Source of the DNA: an uncultured Aquabacterium sp.
GTDB lineage: Bacteria; Pseudomonadota; Gammaproteobacteria; Burkholderiales; Burkholderiaceae_C
Assembly (NCBI GenBank): GCA_964453105.1
Contig: CAYVOP010000002.1
Coordinates: 6,321 to 70,320 of the forward strand
DNA: 64,000 nt
Reading direction: 5' to 3'
Both the position numbers and the translations under genes were made by a program. Below are positions 51,625-60,457 of this stretch, in pieces. Below the pieces are notes generated by a model. That model saw nothing but the letters and a program-made list of their open reading frames with translations, was not told where the DNA came from and did no database searches. Each line of letters begins with the position of its first letter. The stretch's first letter is position 1.

Positions 51625-52896
51625 ATGAAACCGACTGTTCGTCTGCTGGGGGGAGCCGCTGCGGTGGCCGTGGTGGCTTTGGCGTGGCCGCGACTGGGCT
51701 TGTATGCCGCTGCGCCCGGTACGCCGGTGGCGGCTGGGTCATCGGCTACAGCGGTGTCGACCGTGCCGGGCATGCCCCCGGTGGTGGATGCTCGCAACCT
51801 GTACAGCGAAACGGCCCCTGGCAAGGTCTCTCCGGCGTTGAAGGGCGATCTGGCTCGCATTTATGTGCCCAACTTGCGCTCTGACGACGTTTCGGTCATT
51901 GATCCCGAAACCCTGAAGGTGGTGGATCGTTTCAAGGTGGGTGACTCGCCGCAGCACATCGTGCCGTCGTGGGACCTGCGTACCTTGTGGGTGGCCAACA
52001 ATGCCGAACGCAAGAAGACCGGCAGCCTGACCCCGATTGATCCGCGCACCGGCAAGCCTGGGGCGGCGGTGGATGTGGATGATCCCTACAACCTGTATTT
52101 CACACCGGATGGCAAGTCGGCCATTGTGGTGGCGGAGGCGCGTCATCGCCTGGATTTCCGCGACCCCAAGACCATGGTCATGCAGTACTCGATTGACGTG
52201 CCGCAATGCGGCGGCATCAACCATGCTGACTTTTCCATGGATGGGCGCTATGCCATCTTCACCTGCGAATTCCAGGGCAGTCTGGCCAAGATCGATTTGG
52301 TGAACCGCAGCGTGTTGGGCTACCTGACCTTGCAAATGCCCAAGACCCGCTTCAAAGATGTGCCCGTGATTGGCGGTCCCGATGTTTCCGAGATCTGTAC
52401 CTCGCGCAAGGGCATGCCGCAAGACATTCGCGTCTCACCCAATGGCAAGCGCTTTTTCGTGGCTGACATGGAAGCCGACGGTGTGCATGTGGTCGATGGC
52501 GAAACCTTCCAGGAAATCGGTTTCATTCCCACCGGTGTGGCTGCGCATGGCTTGTACCCTAGCCGTGACGGCAGGAGCCTGTATGTGGCCAATCGTGGCT
52601 CGCACAAAATTCATGGCCCCAAAAAGGGCAAGGGTAGCGTGTCGGTGATCGACTTCGCCTCCGAAAAGGTGGTGTCGCAGTGGCCCATTCCCGGTGGCGG
52701 CAGCCCCGACATGGGCAACATCAGCGCCGACGGGCGCTGGCTATGGCTGGCCGGTCGTTTTGACGATGTGGTCTATCGCATTGACACCTCCAGCGGCGAC
52801 ATGCGCAAGATCAAGGTCGGCATGGAGCCGCATGGCTTGGTGGTGTGGCCCTTGCCCGGACGCTACTCCTTGGGGCACACAGGCAATCTGCGCTGA
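51625..52896 (+). CDS. YncE/YVTN-like beta-propeller protein, exported
   Basis: Signal; repeated VSVID, VGDSPQH, YVANRG, VGMEPHG blades. Confidence 0.85.
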   Translation: MKPTVRLLGGAAAVAVVALAWPRLGLYAAAPGTPVAAGSSATAVSTVPGMPPVVDARNLYSETAPGKVSPALKGDLARIYVPNLRSDDVSVIDPETLKVVDRFKVGDSPQHIVPSWDLRTLWVANNAERKKTGSLTPIDPRTGKPGAAVDVDDPYNLYFTPDGKSAIVVAEARHRLDFRDPKTMVMQYSIDVPQCGGINHADFSMDGRYAIFTCEFQGSLAKIDLVNRSVLGYLTLQMPKTRFKDVPVIGGPDVSEICTSRKGMPQDIRVSPNGKRFFVADMEADGVHVVDGETFQEIGFIPTGVAAHGLYPSRDGRSLYVANRGSHKIHGPKKGKGSVSVIDFASEKVVSQWPIPGGGSPDMGNISADGRWLWLAGRFDDVVYRIDTSSGDMRKIKVGMEPHGLVVWPLPGRYSLGHTGNLR

Positions 52897-52897
52897 G

Positions 52898-53551
52898 TCA
52901 TGGTCCCATTGCCGGTGTGGCTGGGCTGGTTAGATAGCGCAGCACCACCGTGCTGATTTCCTCTTCGATGGCCTGAGGGCTCACCCCAAGCGGGTCTGGC
53001 GTCAGGGTGGCGTGGATGAGCGCGTCGACCAACCTCACCAGCACCAGGCTGGCCACGCTGACATCCCCCACGGTCAATTGAGTTTGGTGATGGGCCAGGT
53101 AGGCCTGTAGTTTCAGGCGCAGCGTGGTTTCCCATTCGGTGGGCACGGCCTGTTGTGTTTGCCGTGGCACTTCCTGCTCCAGTACCTGATGCAAGCGTGG
53201 CTGCAGGCGATGGGCCGCCCCCACGGCGCCCACCAGGGTCCGAATGGCTTGGGGCAAGGTTTGGCTCAAGGCCTGCTCGGTCAGCTCGTTGACGAGCGAC
53301 TGCATGTCTTGGGCGTGTCTTTGCCTCAAAGCCGACAGCAGTGCCTGTTTGTTGGGGAAGTACTGGTACAGCGAGCCAATGCTGACGCCCGCCCGTTCTG
53401 CCACCCGGTTGGTGTTCAGGTGTTCGTAGCCTTCGGTGACCAGAATGTGAGCCGTGGCTTCCAAAATGGCGCTGACCGTGGCCACCGATCGCCCTTGACT
53501 CGGCTGTTTGCGGGGGCGAGTTGACTTGCGTGCCGGTGCGGGGGCGGTCAT
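52898..53551 (-). CDS. TetR-family regulator
   Basis: RKQPSQGRSVATVSAILEA; VAERAGVSIGSLYQYFPNK. Confidence 0.92.
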   Translation of the reverse strand: MTAPAPARKSTRPRKQPSQGRSVATVSAILEATAHILVTEGYEHLNTNRVAERAGVSIGSLYQYFPNKQALLSALRQRHAQDMQSLVNELTEQALSQTLPQAIRTLVGAVGAAHRLQPRLHQVLEQEVPRQTQQAVPTEWETTLRLKLQAYLAHHQTQLTVGDVSVASLVLVRLVDALIHATLTPDPLGVSPQAIEEEISTVVLRYLTSPATPAMGP

Positions 53552-53574
53552 AGGCAAATGCGAGTTGAGAAAGC

Positions 53575-53588
53575 TGAGCTTTTGCTCA
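53575..53588. promoter_or_regulatory. Palindrome TGAGC-TTTT-GCTCA, putative TetR operator
   Basis: Perfect 5-bp arms in the divergent tetR/FAH gap. Confidence 0.55.
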
Positions 53589-53636
53589 CAATATCAGGCG
53601 TTCCCTCCTTTTGGCAAGGTCACCAGGAAATCGCTG

Positions 53637-54491
53637 ATGGATACCTCCGGACAATGGCGCCCGTTTCATGAACTGATGCCCCCTGATCGCCCCCCTTCGG
53701 TCTGGGCACTGGGGCTGACCTTTGCCGACCATGTGCGTGAAACGGGTGAGCGGGCAGGTGCTGCGGTGGTGTTTGCAAAGCCCTGCCGACCTGAACCGGG
53801 CGCCACGCACATCACCATGCCTTCTTCGTCAGCGCTACGGCAGTGCCTGCAGCAAGTCGAAGGGGGGGATGTATACGGCGAGGCCCTCTGCCACGCCGGG
53901 GCCTTGTTGGACTATGAAGTCGAGGTGGGCATGGTGTTGCTGGCCGATTGGCATCCTTCCGATTCACACAGCCCTCGCTGGGGTTTTGTGTTGGTCAACG
54001 ATGTGACTGCACGCAGTGTGCAGATGGCCGGGTTGGGGGCGCGTGACCCGTTGCGCCACTGGTCTGCCGCCAAGGGCTTTCCGGGCTTTCTGCCTGCGGC
54101 TTCGTCCGTTTGGTGCCCAGATGCCAACGACCTGTCGGCATGGCCCCAAGTGACCTTGAGCACCCGGGTGAATGGCGAATTGCGTCAGCGCGCCCCCTTG
54201 TCTGACTTGTTGTATTCGCCCTTGCAGCTGTTGACCTTGGCTGCCCAGTGCGCGCCCGATGGGTGGCTGCGTCAGGGCGACGTGGTGTTGGCTGGCACCC
54301 CTGCCGGCATTGCCTTGCAGGTGTCGCCCTGGAAGCGGCGTTTGGTGCAGTGCTTGCCCAGGCGTCTGGCCATTGCGCTGGCTTGGCGAGCGCAAAGCGC
54401 ATCACCCCGGTTTTTGAAAGTGAATGACCGCATTGACATGCAAGCCGACTGGCTGGGGAGCCTGTCGCTGACGGTGAAAGGCGCCGCATGA
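53637..54491 (+). CDS. Fumarylacetoacetate hydrolase-family protein
   Basis: LGLTFADHVRE, LDYEVEVG, VNDVTAR, AKGF, GDVVLAGTPAG. Start moved to ATG 53637. Confidence 0.88.
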   Translation: MDTSGQWRPFHELMPPDRPPSVWALGLTFADHVRETGERAGAAVVFAKPCRPEPGATHITMPSSSALRQCLQQVEGGDVYGEALCHAGALLDYEVEVGMVLLADWHPSDSHSPRWGFVLVNDVTARSVQMAGLGARDPLRHWSAAKGFPGFLPAASSVWCPDANDLSAWPQVTLSTRVNGELRQRAPLSDLLYSPLQLLTLAAQCAPDGWLRQGDVVLAGTPAGIALQVSPWKRRLVQCLPRRLAIALAWRAQSASPRFLKVNDRIDMQADWLGSLSLTVKGAA

Positions 54492-55381
54492 ACATCCTGA
54501 TGCCTTTGCCCGCGCATGATTACGACCCCACTGAAGCGGCGGTGGCCTGGCAGGTGCTGACCCAGGCTGGGCACACCGTGTGCTTCACCACACCGAATGG
54601 CTTGCCTGCTCAGGCCGACCCGTTGATGTTGAGCGGCGAGGGGCTGGACCCCTGGGGTTGGGTGCCGGGTTTGAGAAAGATGAAGGTGCTGGGGCTGCTG
54701 TTGCGGGCGCAGCATGCAGCTAGGCAGGCCCATGCGGTCATGGTTCAGTCCCCCCACTTTGGCCAACCCCTGACCTACGAGCAAGCGGCCGAACAGCATC
54801 GGCTCACCCCGTTTGATGGGCTGGTTTTGCCGGGGGGGCATGCCAAGGGCATGCGCCCCTATCTGGAAAGCACGGTGCTGCAAGCCTTGGTGGCGAGCTT
54901 CTTCGATGCGCGCGACGAACACGGACAACACCGGCCCGTTGCGGCGGTATGCCATGGTGTGTTGCTGGCGGCGCGGGCGCGCTCGGTGCTGACCGGGCGC
55001 TCGGTGCTGCACGGACGTCGGACCACGGCCCTGACTTGGCGGCTGGAAAAATCCGCCTGGGACTTGACCCGTTGGTGGGCGCGCTTCTGGGACCCCCTCT
55101 ACTACCGAACTTATGCCGAAGGGCCGGGCGAACCATCAGGCTATTGGAGCGTCGAGGCTGAGGTCAAACGGGCCCTGGCGGCCGATGGCGATTTTGCGGA
55201 TGTGCCCCGTGAGGCCCCTTATCACTGGCGCAAGACGGCTGGCCTGTTTCGCGATACCGACCACGATGACCGTGCCGCCTGGGTGGTGCGTGATGGCCGA
55301 TACTTGTCTGCCCGATGGCCGGGCGATGTGCATACCTGGGCACATCGCTTTGTCAGCCTGTTGGCCGAGTCAAACCCTTGA
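54488..55381 (+). CDS. DJ-1/PfpI-family protein
   Basis: YDPTEA, LPGGH, AAVCHG, SARWPGD. Confidence 0.88.
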   Translation: MNILMPLPAHDYDPTEAAVAWQVLTQAGHTVCFTTPNGLPAQADPLMLSGEGLDPWGWVPGLRKMKVLGLLLRAQHAARQAHAVMVQSPHFGQPLTYEQAAEQHRLTPFDGLVLPGGHAKGMRPYLESTVLQALVASFFDARDEHGQHRPVAAVCHGVLLAARARSVLTGRSVLHGRRTTALTWRLEKSAWDLTRWWARFWDPLYYRTYAEGPGEPSGYWSVEAEVKRALAADGDFADVPREAPYHWRKTAGLFRDTDHDDRAAWVVRDGRYLSARWPGDVHTWAHRFVSLLAESNP

Positions 55382-55390
55382 GGCGCTTGC

Positions 55391-56539
55391 ATGAGTTCAT
55401 TGGATCGTTGCCACAACATCGACAGTCTGCGCCGGGCTGCGCAACGCTATTTGCCCCGCCTGGTGTGGGACTACATTGAAGGGGGCGTGGAGGACGAAAC
55501 CTGCTTGTTGCGCAACCGTCAGGCGTTTGACGACGTGACGCTGACGCCCCGGTATCTGGTCGATGTGTCTGCTCTGACCTTGTCTCGTTCTCTGTGGGGG
55601 CAGACTTGGTCGATGCCTTTGGGTATGGCCCCAACGGGCCTGGCCGGTTTTGCGCGCCATGGTGCCGATTTGATGTTGGCTCGGGCTGCGCAACGAATGG
55701 GTGTGCCGTTTGTGCTGTCGGGTGCTGGCACCGCATCGATCGAAGCGGCAGCCAAGGCTGCGCCTGATCAAACCTGGTTTCAGTTGTACGTGTCGCGCGA
55801 GCAACGCATCACCGACGATTTGGTGCGGCGTGCTGCGGCCGCAGGGTTGCGGCATTTGGTGGTCACGGTGGATGTGCCCGTTCACAGCAATCGCGAGCGA
55901 GATGCGCGCAATGGGTTTGTGCCCCCCGTCAAGCCCACCCTGTCGGCCATTGCCGATGCCTTGTGCCACCCAGCGTGGCTCGCACGCTTTGCCAAGCAGG
56001 GCTTGCCACGTTTTGAGAGCTGGGCGGCGTATGCAGGCGAGGGTGCCTCAGCAAGGCAAATTGCCGATCTGTTTACCTCTCAGATTCCATTTACGCAAAC
56101 CTGGCGCGATCTGGCGCGTCTGCGCGAACTCTGGCCGGGCAAGCTCATCGTCAAAGGCATCTTGCATGAAGACGATGCTCGCCGCGCGGTGGAAGTGGGG
56201 GCCGATGCCGTTTGGGTGTCAAACCACGGCGGCAGGGTGCTGGACAGCGCACCAGCGGCCTTGATGTGCTTGCCTGCGATTCGTCAGGCTTTGGGTGACC
56301 AGGCTGTGTTGATGGTGGATGGCGGAGTGCGCCGGGGTAGTGACGTGATCAAGGCCTTGTCCTTGGGGGCAGACTTTGTGTTTGCCGGGCGGCCCATGAT
56401 GTATGGCGTGGCCGCTGGAGGCCAGGCAGGCGTGGAGCGCGCCTTGGCCATTTTTCAGCGAGAACTGTCGCTGGGTGTAGCGCAGTTGGGTGGCTGGGGT
56501 TCCGCCACCCAAACGCGTGCGCCAGATCAGGGCTTGTAA
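55391..56539 (+). CDS. FMN-dependent alpha-hydroxy-acid oxidase/dehydrogenase
   Basis: DYIEGG, APTG, WFQLY, TVD, RERD, VKG, SNHGGR, DGGVRRGSD. Confidence 0.93.
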   Translation: MSSLDRCHNIDSLRRAAQRYLPRLVWDYIEGGVEDETCLLRNRQAFDDVTLTPRYLVDVSALTLSRSLWGQTWSMPLGMAPTGLAGFARHGADLMLARAAQRMGVPFVLSGAGTASIEAAAKAAPDQTWFQLYVSREQRITDDLVRRAAAAGLRHLVVTVDVPVHSNRERDARNGFVPPVKPTLSAIADALCHPAWLARFAKQGLPRFESWAAYAGEGASARQIADLFTSQIPFTQTWRDLARLRELWPGKLIVKGILHEDDARRAVEVGADAVWVSNHGGRVLDSAPAALMCLPAIRQALGDQAVLMVDGGVRRGSDVIKALSLGADFVFAGRPMMYGVAAGGQAGVERALAIFQRELSLGVAQLGGWGSATQTRAPDQGL

Positions 56540-57822
56540 GGGTCGTCCAGGCCACCGGACAGGAACGACAGGTAGGGCCGAACCCATTCACCCAGGATGT
56601 TGATGAAGTCCGTCTTGCCGCGCTTGTAGTCGCCCACGGTGTCGCGCTCAAACGCCTTGATCGGAGGGGCGGAGCGATCCAGCGTGTTGTTGATGAAAGT
56701 CTTCACCGACGACAGGCCGGCCTCCTCGATGCCGGTGTTGGCGAAGTCCATCACCGTCATGGTGTGAGCGGCGGCCAGACCGCGCCAGTAGGCCACGTAG
56801 TAACCCACATTGGGCAGATCGCTCATGTCGGTCGTCCACTGGTTCACGTCCTTCATCCACATGCCGTTGACCACGTCAAAGCGAGCCTTGTCGTTCGGCG
56901 CGTTGCGGATGCTGTCGTAGAAATACGAGTACGAGAACATGGAGTACACCCCGTCGCGCTGGAAGGTGGTGTAGCCGAAGCGGTCGCTGGGGTATTGCTG
57001 TGCCAATGCGCGGGTCAGACTGCCGAAGTTGTCGGTGTTCAGGCCCCCGCTGACCAATTGGGTCTTCAGGCGCGGCACGATGCTGTTGGTGGCTTCCAGG
57101 CCCCAGGCGTCGCGGATCTTGTCGTGCAAGGGCGACGAGGGGTGTTGGCTGGGGTCGCCATTGCGGGGGGCGTTGAAGAAGGGGCCACTGTCGTTGAGCA
57201 GCGAGGACTTTTTCGGGTTCATCGCATTGCGAATGGTGGCGTACTGGGCCGTGGAGCCCGTGCCGCCCGCCGAGAAGCCGGTGACCAGCAGTTCATCCGG
57301 ACGGTACATGTTGGCGGCCAGCCAGTTGGCTGTGGCGACGATGTTTCGGTCGCCTCGGTGGTATTCGGTGCGAGGCTGGCTGGCGTTCTTGTCGTTGTAC
57401 ACCGCGATCTTGTTGCCCACGTGCACGTCGCCGGTGCAGTAGGGCACATAGACGATGTTCCACGATTGCGTTTGCACGCTGGCCAAGGGGTTGAGGCGTG
57501 AGGTGAAAGGCGTGACATAGCCCAGGAAGGAGCGTGTCAGGCCCGTCAGGTAATTGGTGGGCAGACCATTGGGGTTGGAGGCGCCCAGGATGCCGCCATC
57601 GCCTTCGCACACGCCCTGGCTCCAGCAGGCACCGCCGCCTTCAAACATCACCACCGTTTTCTTGGTGAACAAGGCGCGGTTGACAAAGATTCGGTAGGGC
57701 GAGCCGTCACCACAGGCGGCGCCACTGGCGGCGGGCAAGGTCACGGTTTCCCAGGTGTAGTAGCCGGCTTGTGCTGTGGCGGTGCACAGCAAGGCGGTGG
57801 CGGCCAGTACGAACGATCTCAT
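56527..57822 (-). CDS. Secreted pectin-acetylesterase/Notum-family esterase
   Basis: Signal peptide; CGDGSPY, FEGGGACW, VPYCTGD, TGFSAGG nucleophile elbow. Start moved to ATG 57822. Confidence 0.85.
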   Translation of the reverse strand: MRSFVLAATALLCTATAQAGYYTWETVTLPAASGAACGDGSPYRIFVNRALFTKKTVVMFEGGGACWSQGVCEGDGGILGASNPNGLPTNYLTGLTRSFLGYVTPFTSRLNPLASVQTQSWNIVYVPYCTGDVHVGNKIAVYNDKNASQPRTEYHRGDRNIVATANWLAANMYRPDELLVTGFSAGGTGSTAQYATIRNAMNPKKSSLLNDSGPFFNAPRNGDPSQHPSSPLHDKIRDAWGLEATNSIVPRLKTQLVSGGLNTDNFGSLTRALAQQYPSDRFGYTTFQRDGVYSMFSYSYFYDSIRNAPNDKARFDVVNGMWMKDVNQWTTDMSDLPNVGYYVAYWRGLAAAHTMTVMDFANTGIEEAGLSSVKTFINNTLDRSAPPIKAFERDTVGDYKRGKTDFINILGEWVRPYLSFLSGGLDDPYKP

Positions 57823-57985
57823 GTCTTCTCCTGTGATGAATGATGAATGGGTACTGCAGGGAATACAGGAGCGAGTGTGCGACATCATGATGTTCGTATC
57901 ACTTCGGGTTTTTTCTTGTTGGCGCGCAAATGAGGGGTGAGGAACGAAAACGCGCTTGACAAGCGTGGCGTTATGCTGTGGGCCC

Positions 57986-58303
57986 ATGAATGGCCCACCT
58001 GCCCGATTTCAACTTCGCATTGAGCCCCAGGGGTGGGAGTGCGAGGTGCCTGCCGGTGTGCCACTCTGGCGCGCCGCGCGTCGGGCCGGCATTCGTTTGC
58101 CCAGCAGCTGCCTCAATGGCACCTGTCGCACCTGTCTGTGTCGAATGAGTCAGGGGCAGGTGAGTTACATCGTCGAGTGGCCGGGCGTGAGCGCGGACGA
58201 GCGGGCCGAGGGCTGGGTGCTGCCTTGCGTGGCGCGTGCCTTGACCGATGTGGTTCTGGAGGTGCCAGCCGCCTTGCGGGAGGGGCTGGACGGGGCTCAA
58301 TGA
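57986..58303 (+). CDS. Plant-type 2Fe-2S ferredoxin
   Basis: SSCLNGTCRTC...LPC. Start uncertain. Confidence 0.88.
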   Translation: MNGPPARFQLRIEPQGWECEVPAGVPLWRAARRAGIRLPSSCLNGTCRTCLCRMSQGQVSYIVEWPGVSADERAEGWVLPCVARALTDVVLEVPAALREGLDGAQ

Positions 58304-59232
58304 GCCGCAGGGTCGGCTGGTGGGTTGGCCGCCTTGGCCGCCGCAGCGGTGGTCACAGAAGCGTGCGCGGCCGCATCCAGGTCGAGCAGTTTTTCTTCAA
58401 TGAAGTCCTTTTCGATGAGCGTACGCTGCATCGATTCGCGCAACTTCTCTAGCTGCGCTTTCAAGCCGTCGCGTTCGCGGCTGACTTCTTCCAACTGTTT
58501 GCGCACGGCGGAACTGGCGCCATCGCCCTTCGATTCGGTACGGCTCGCTTCGGCTTGCATCAATTCGATTTCGCGGCTCAGTGTGGCGGCGCGAGCTTCG
58601 GCGGCTTGCGCGCGTTCCTTGGCACGGGTCAGCAATTGCTGCTGCTGGTCCATATTGGTCCGCAGGGCTTCGCTCGATTGGTTGGCGGTTTCGGCAACGC
58701 GCACCGCACGGCGCAGCTCCTGAATGACCTTTTGTGATTCATCCAGCCTCGCTTTGAGGCCCTCCATCTCCGAGGCCATGCGGGTGCGTTGATTCTGCGC
58801 GGCTTCCAGCTTGTGCTGATGGGCATCGCGCCATTGGGCAAATGAATCAGAGCCGGACGGGCCACTCATCGAGTCCAGGACCTGGCGGATGTCTTCCAGA
58901 AACTTGCCGTGGTCTTGCAGCTTCTTGCCGCTCAGGTCTTGCAGCATCGCTTCGAGCTTGCGGAAATGTTCTTCAGTCTCGGATGCGGCGGGGGGCGGTG
59001 CATTGCCGGGCTGCTGGTTCATGTCGGACAGGCGGTCCACCAGCCGATCGGTTGACTTGGTCGAATCGCGCAGGCGCTTGCCAGCCTCCAGTAGGTCGCG
59101 GGTGCCATTGACCAGCAGGCTGTGGGTGGCTTCTGTCTGCTTGGAAATCTTGAACAGCATGAAGCCCAGCATCAGGATGGACACCGCGTTGCCAATGAAG
59201 ACAAACAGGACGGCAATCTGTTCAAGCTGCAT
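58297..59232 (-). CDS. Hypothetical N-terminally membrane-anchored coiled-coil protein
   Basis: One hydrophobic helix at about residues 5-24, then long E/K/R/Q/A/L heptad-rich stretches; GAGGAG RBS. Confidence 0.75.
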   Translation of the reverse strand: MQLEQIAVLFVFIGNAVSILMLGFMLFKISKQTEATHSLLVNGTRDLLEAGKRLRDSTKSTDRLVDRLSDMNQQPGNAPPPAASETEEHFRKLEAMLQDLSGKKLQDHGKFLEDIRQVLDSMSGPSGSDSFAQWRDAHQHKLEAAQNQRTRMASEMEGLKARLDESQKVIQELRRAVRVAETANQSSEALRTNMDQQQQLLTRAKERAQAAEARAATLSREIELMQAEASRTESKGDGASSAVRKQLEEVSRERDGLKAQLEKLRESMQRTLIEKDFIEEKLLDLDAAAHASVTTAAAAKAANPPADPAAH

Positions 59233-59245
59233 GATGGCTCCTCAA

Positions 59246-60457
59246 TCAGACAGCCAGGAACGACAGTCGGCCTTCGCCGTAACCCGGAACCGCAACGCGA
59301 AAGTGCGCCCGGCCTGAATTCTTCAAAAGCAGTTCTTCCAGCTTCTTGAAGTTCTGCGGAACCAGGCTGGTGCGAGACAGCGGTGCCGTGCCGACCGCGC
59401 CGTCCATGTGCAAGATCGCCCCGGCCATTTGCATGAAGCGGGTGGCGTTCTGAACCATGGCTTCGCTGGGGGCGCCTGCGGCCATGGCTGCCCGAACAAT
59501 ATGGGGTGGCATCTTGCCGGCGCCGCCTCCCAGAATGCACAGGGCATTGGTGTCGAGCACGCACAGCGCGGCAATGGGCTTGTTCGGCCCCGCGTACAGG
59601 CCAATCAAATTCTTGGCTGTCAGATCTTTGGTTTGCAAGTCATCGTGCCGAATCAGTCGGAACGGGATTTCCTGCAAGGTGGCATGCACCAGCTTTTGGC
59701 AGTCTTCCGTTTTCATCAGAGGCGGAATGGCAGCCAGAGGGACTGGTTTGGCGGCATCGGCGGCTTCCGCTGCAGGGGGAGCGGAGGCTGCGGGGGCAGG
59801 CACAGATTGGGGGGCTGGCGACGCGGCAGGCTCCACCGAGGACGCCGCTGGCGTTGCAACCGCTGTGGCAGCGACTGGGGCGGGTGTGGGCGAGTTGGCG
59901 GGCTTGGCAGGCTCCGCAGCGCGAACCGGGGTGGGAAACTCAGGGGGGCCGTCTTCCACCACAGTCGCCTCAGCTTCGGCTGCCGCCACTTGGTGCTTGG
60001 CCACCGGTTCGGCTGCAGGCAAGGGGGGCGGTGCAGCCGTCGCATCGGCAGGGTGCGGCACGGTTTCCCGCACGCGCTGGATCAGGATGTCGTCGCGGAA
60101 GGGCTTGTTGATGACGAATGCGGCGCCGTTGGTGCGGGCCTCATTGAGCAAGGTTTCTGACGATTCCGTGGTGATGAAGCCCACCTGAATGTCGGTCATG
60201 CCCGATTGCCGCATCGTTTGCAGCAACTCCAGGCCCGACACCTTGGGCATGTGCCAGTCGGTGATCAGCAGGTCGGGCTTGAAGGTGTTGAGCACGTCCA
60301 GGGCTTCCTGCCCGTTCGAGGCCACGCGGATCTCGGCATTCGGGTACTGGCAGTTCTCCACCACGCGCCGCACGATGGCCTGAATGGCCCGGCTGTCGTC
60401 CACGATCAAGAAGCGGTATGCATCCTGCCGGTTTTCGGGGGTTGCACTCATATTCAA
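59246..60457 (-). CDS. CheY-like receiver + Pro/Ala linker + CheX/CheC-like C-terminal domain
   Basis: IVDDS, ITDWHMP, ITT and NKPF receiver motifs; about 110-aa P/A-rich linker. The C-domain assignment is a pattern-level judgement. Confidence 0.75.
   Translation of the reverse strand: MNMSATPENRQDAYRFLIVDDSRAIQAIVRRVVENCQYPNAEIRVASNGQEALDVLNTFKPDLLITDWHMPKVSGLELLQTMRQSGMTDIQVGFITTESSETLLNEARTNGAAFVINKPFRDDILIQRVRETVPHPADATAAPPPLPAAEPVAKHQVAAAEAEATVVEDGPPEFPTPVRAAEPAKPANSPTPAPVAATAVATPAASSVEPAASPAPQSVPAPAASAPPAAEAADAAKPVPLAAIPPLMKTEDCQKLVHATLQEIPFRLIRHDDLQTKDLTAKNLIGLYAGPNKPIAALCVLDTNALCILGGGAGKMPPHIVRAAMAAGAPSEAMVQNATRFMQMAGAILHMDGAVGTAPLSRTSLVPQNFKKLEELLLKNSGRAHFRVAVPGYGEGRLSFLAV

Noticed and set aside
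57953-57977. TTGACA...TATGCT as a sigma70 promoter
   Set aside because: The spacer is only 10 bp.
59712-60065. Low-complexity Pro/Ala-coding stretch as a DNA repeat array
   Set aside because: There is no fixed repeat unit. It is explained as a protein linker.
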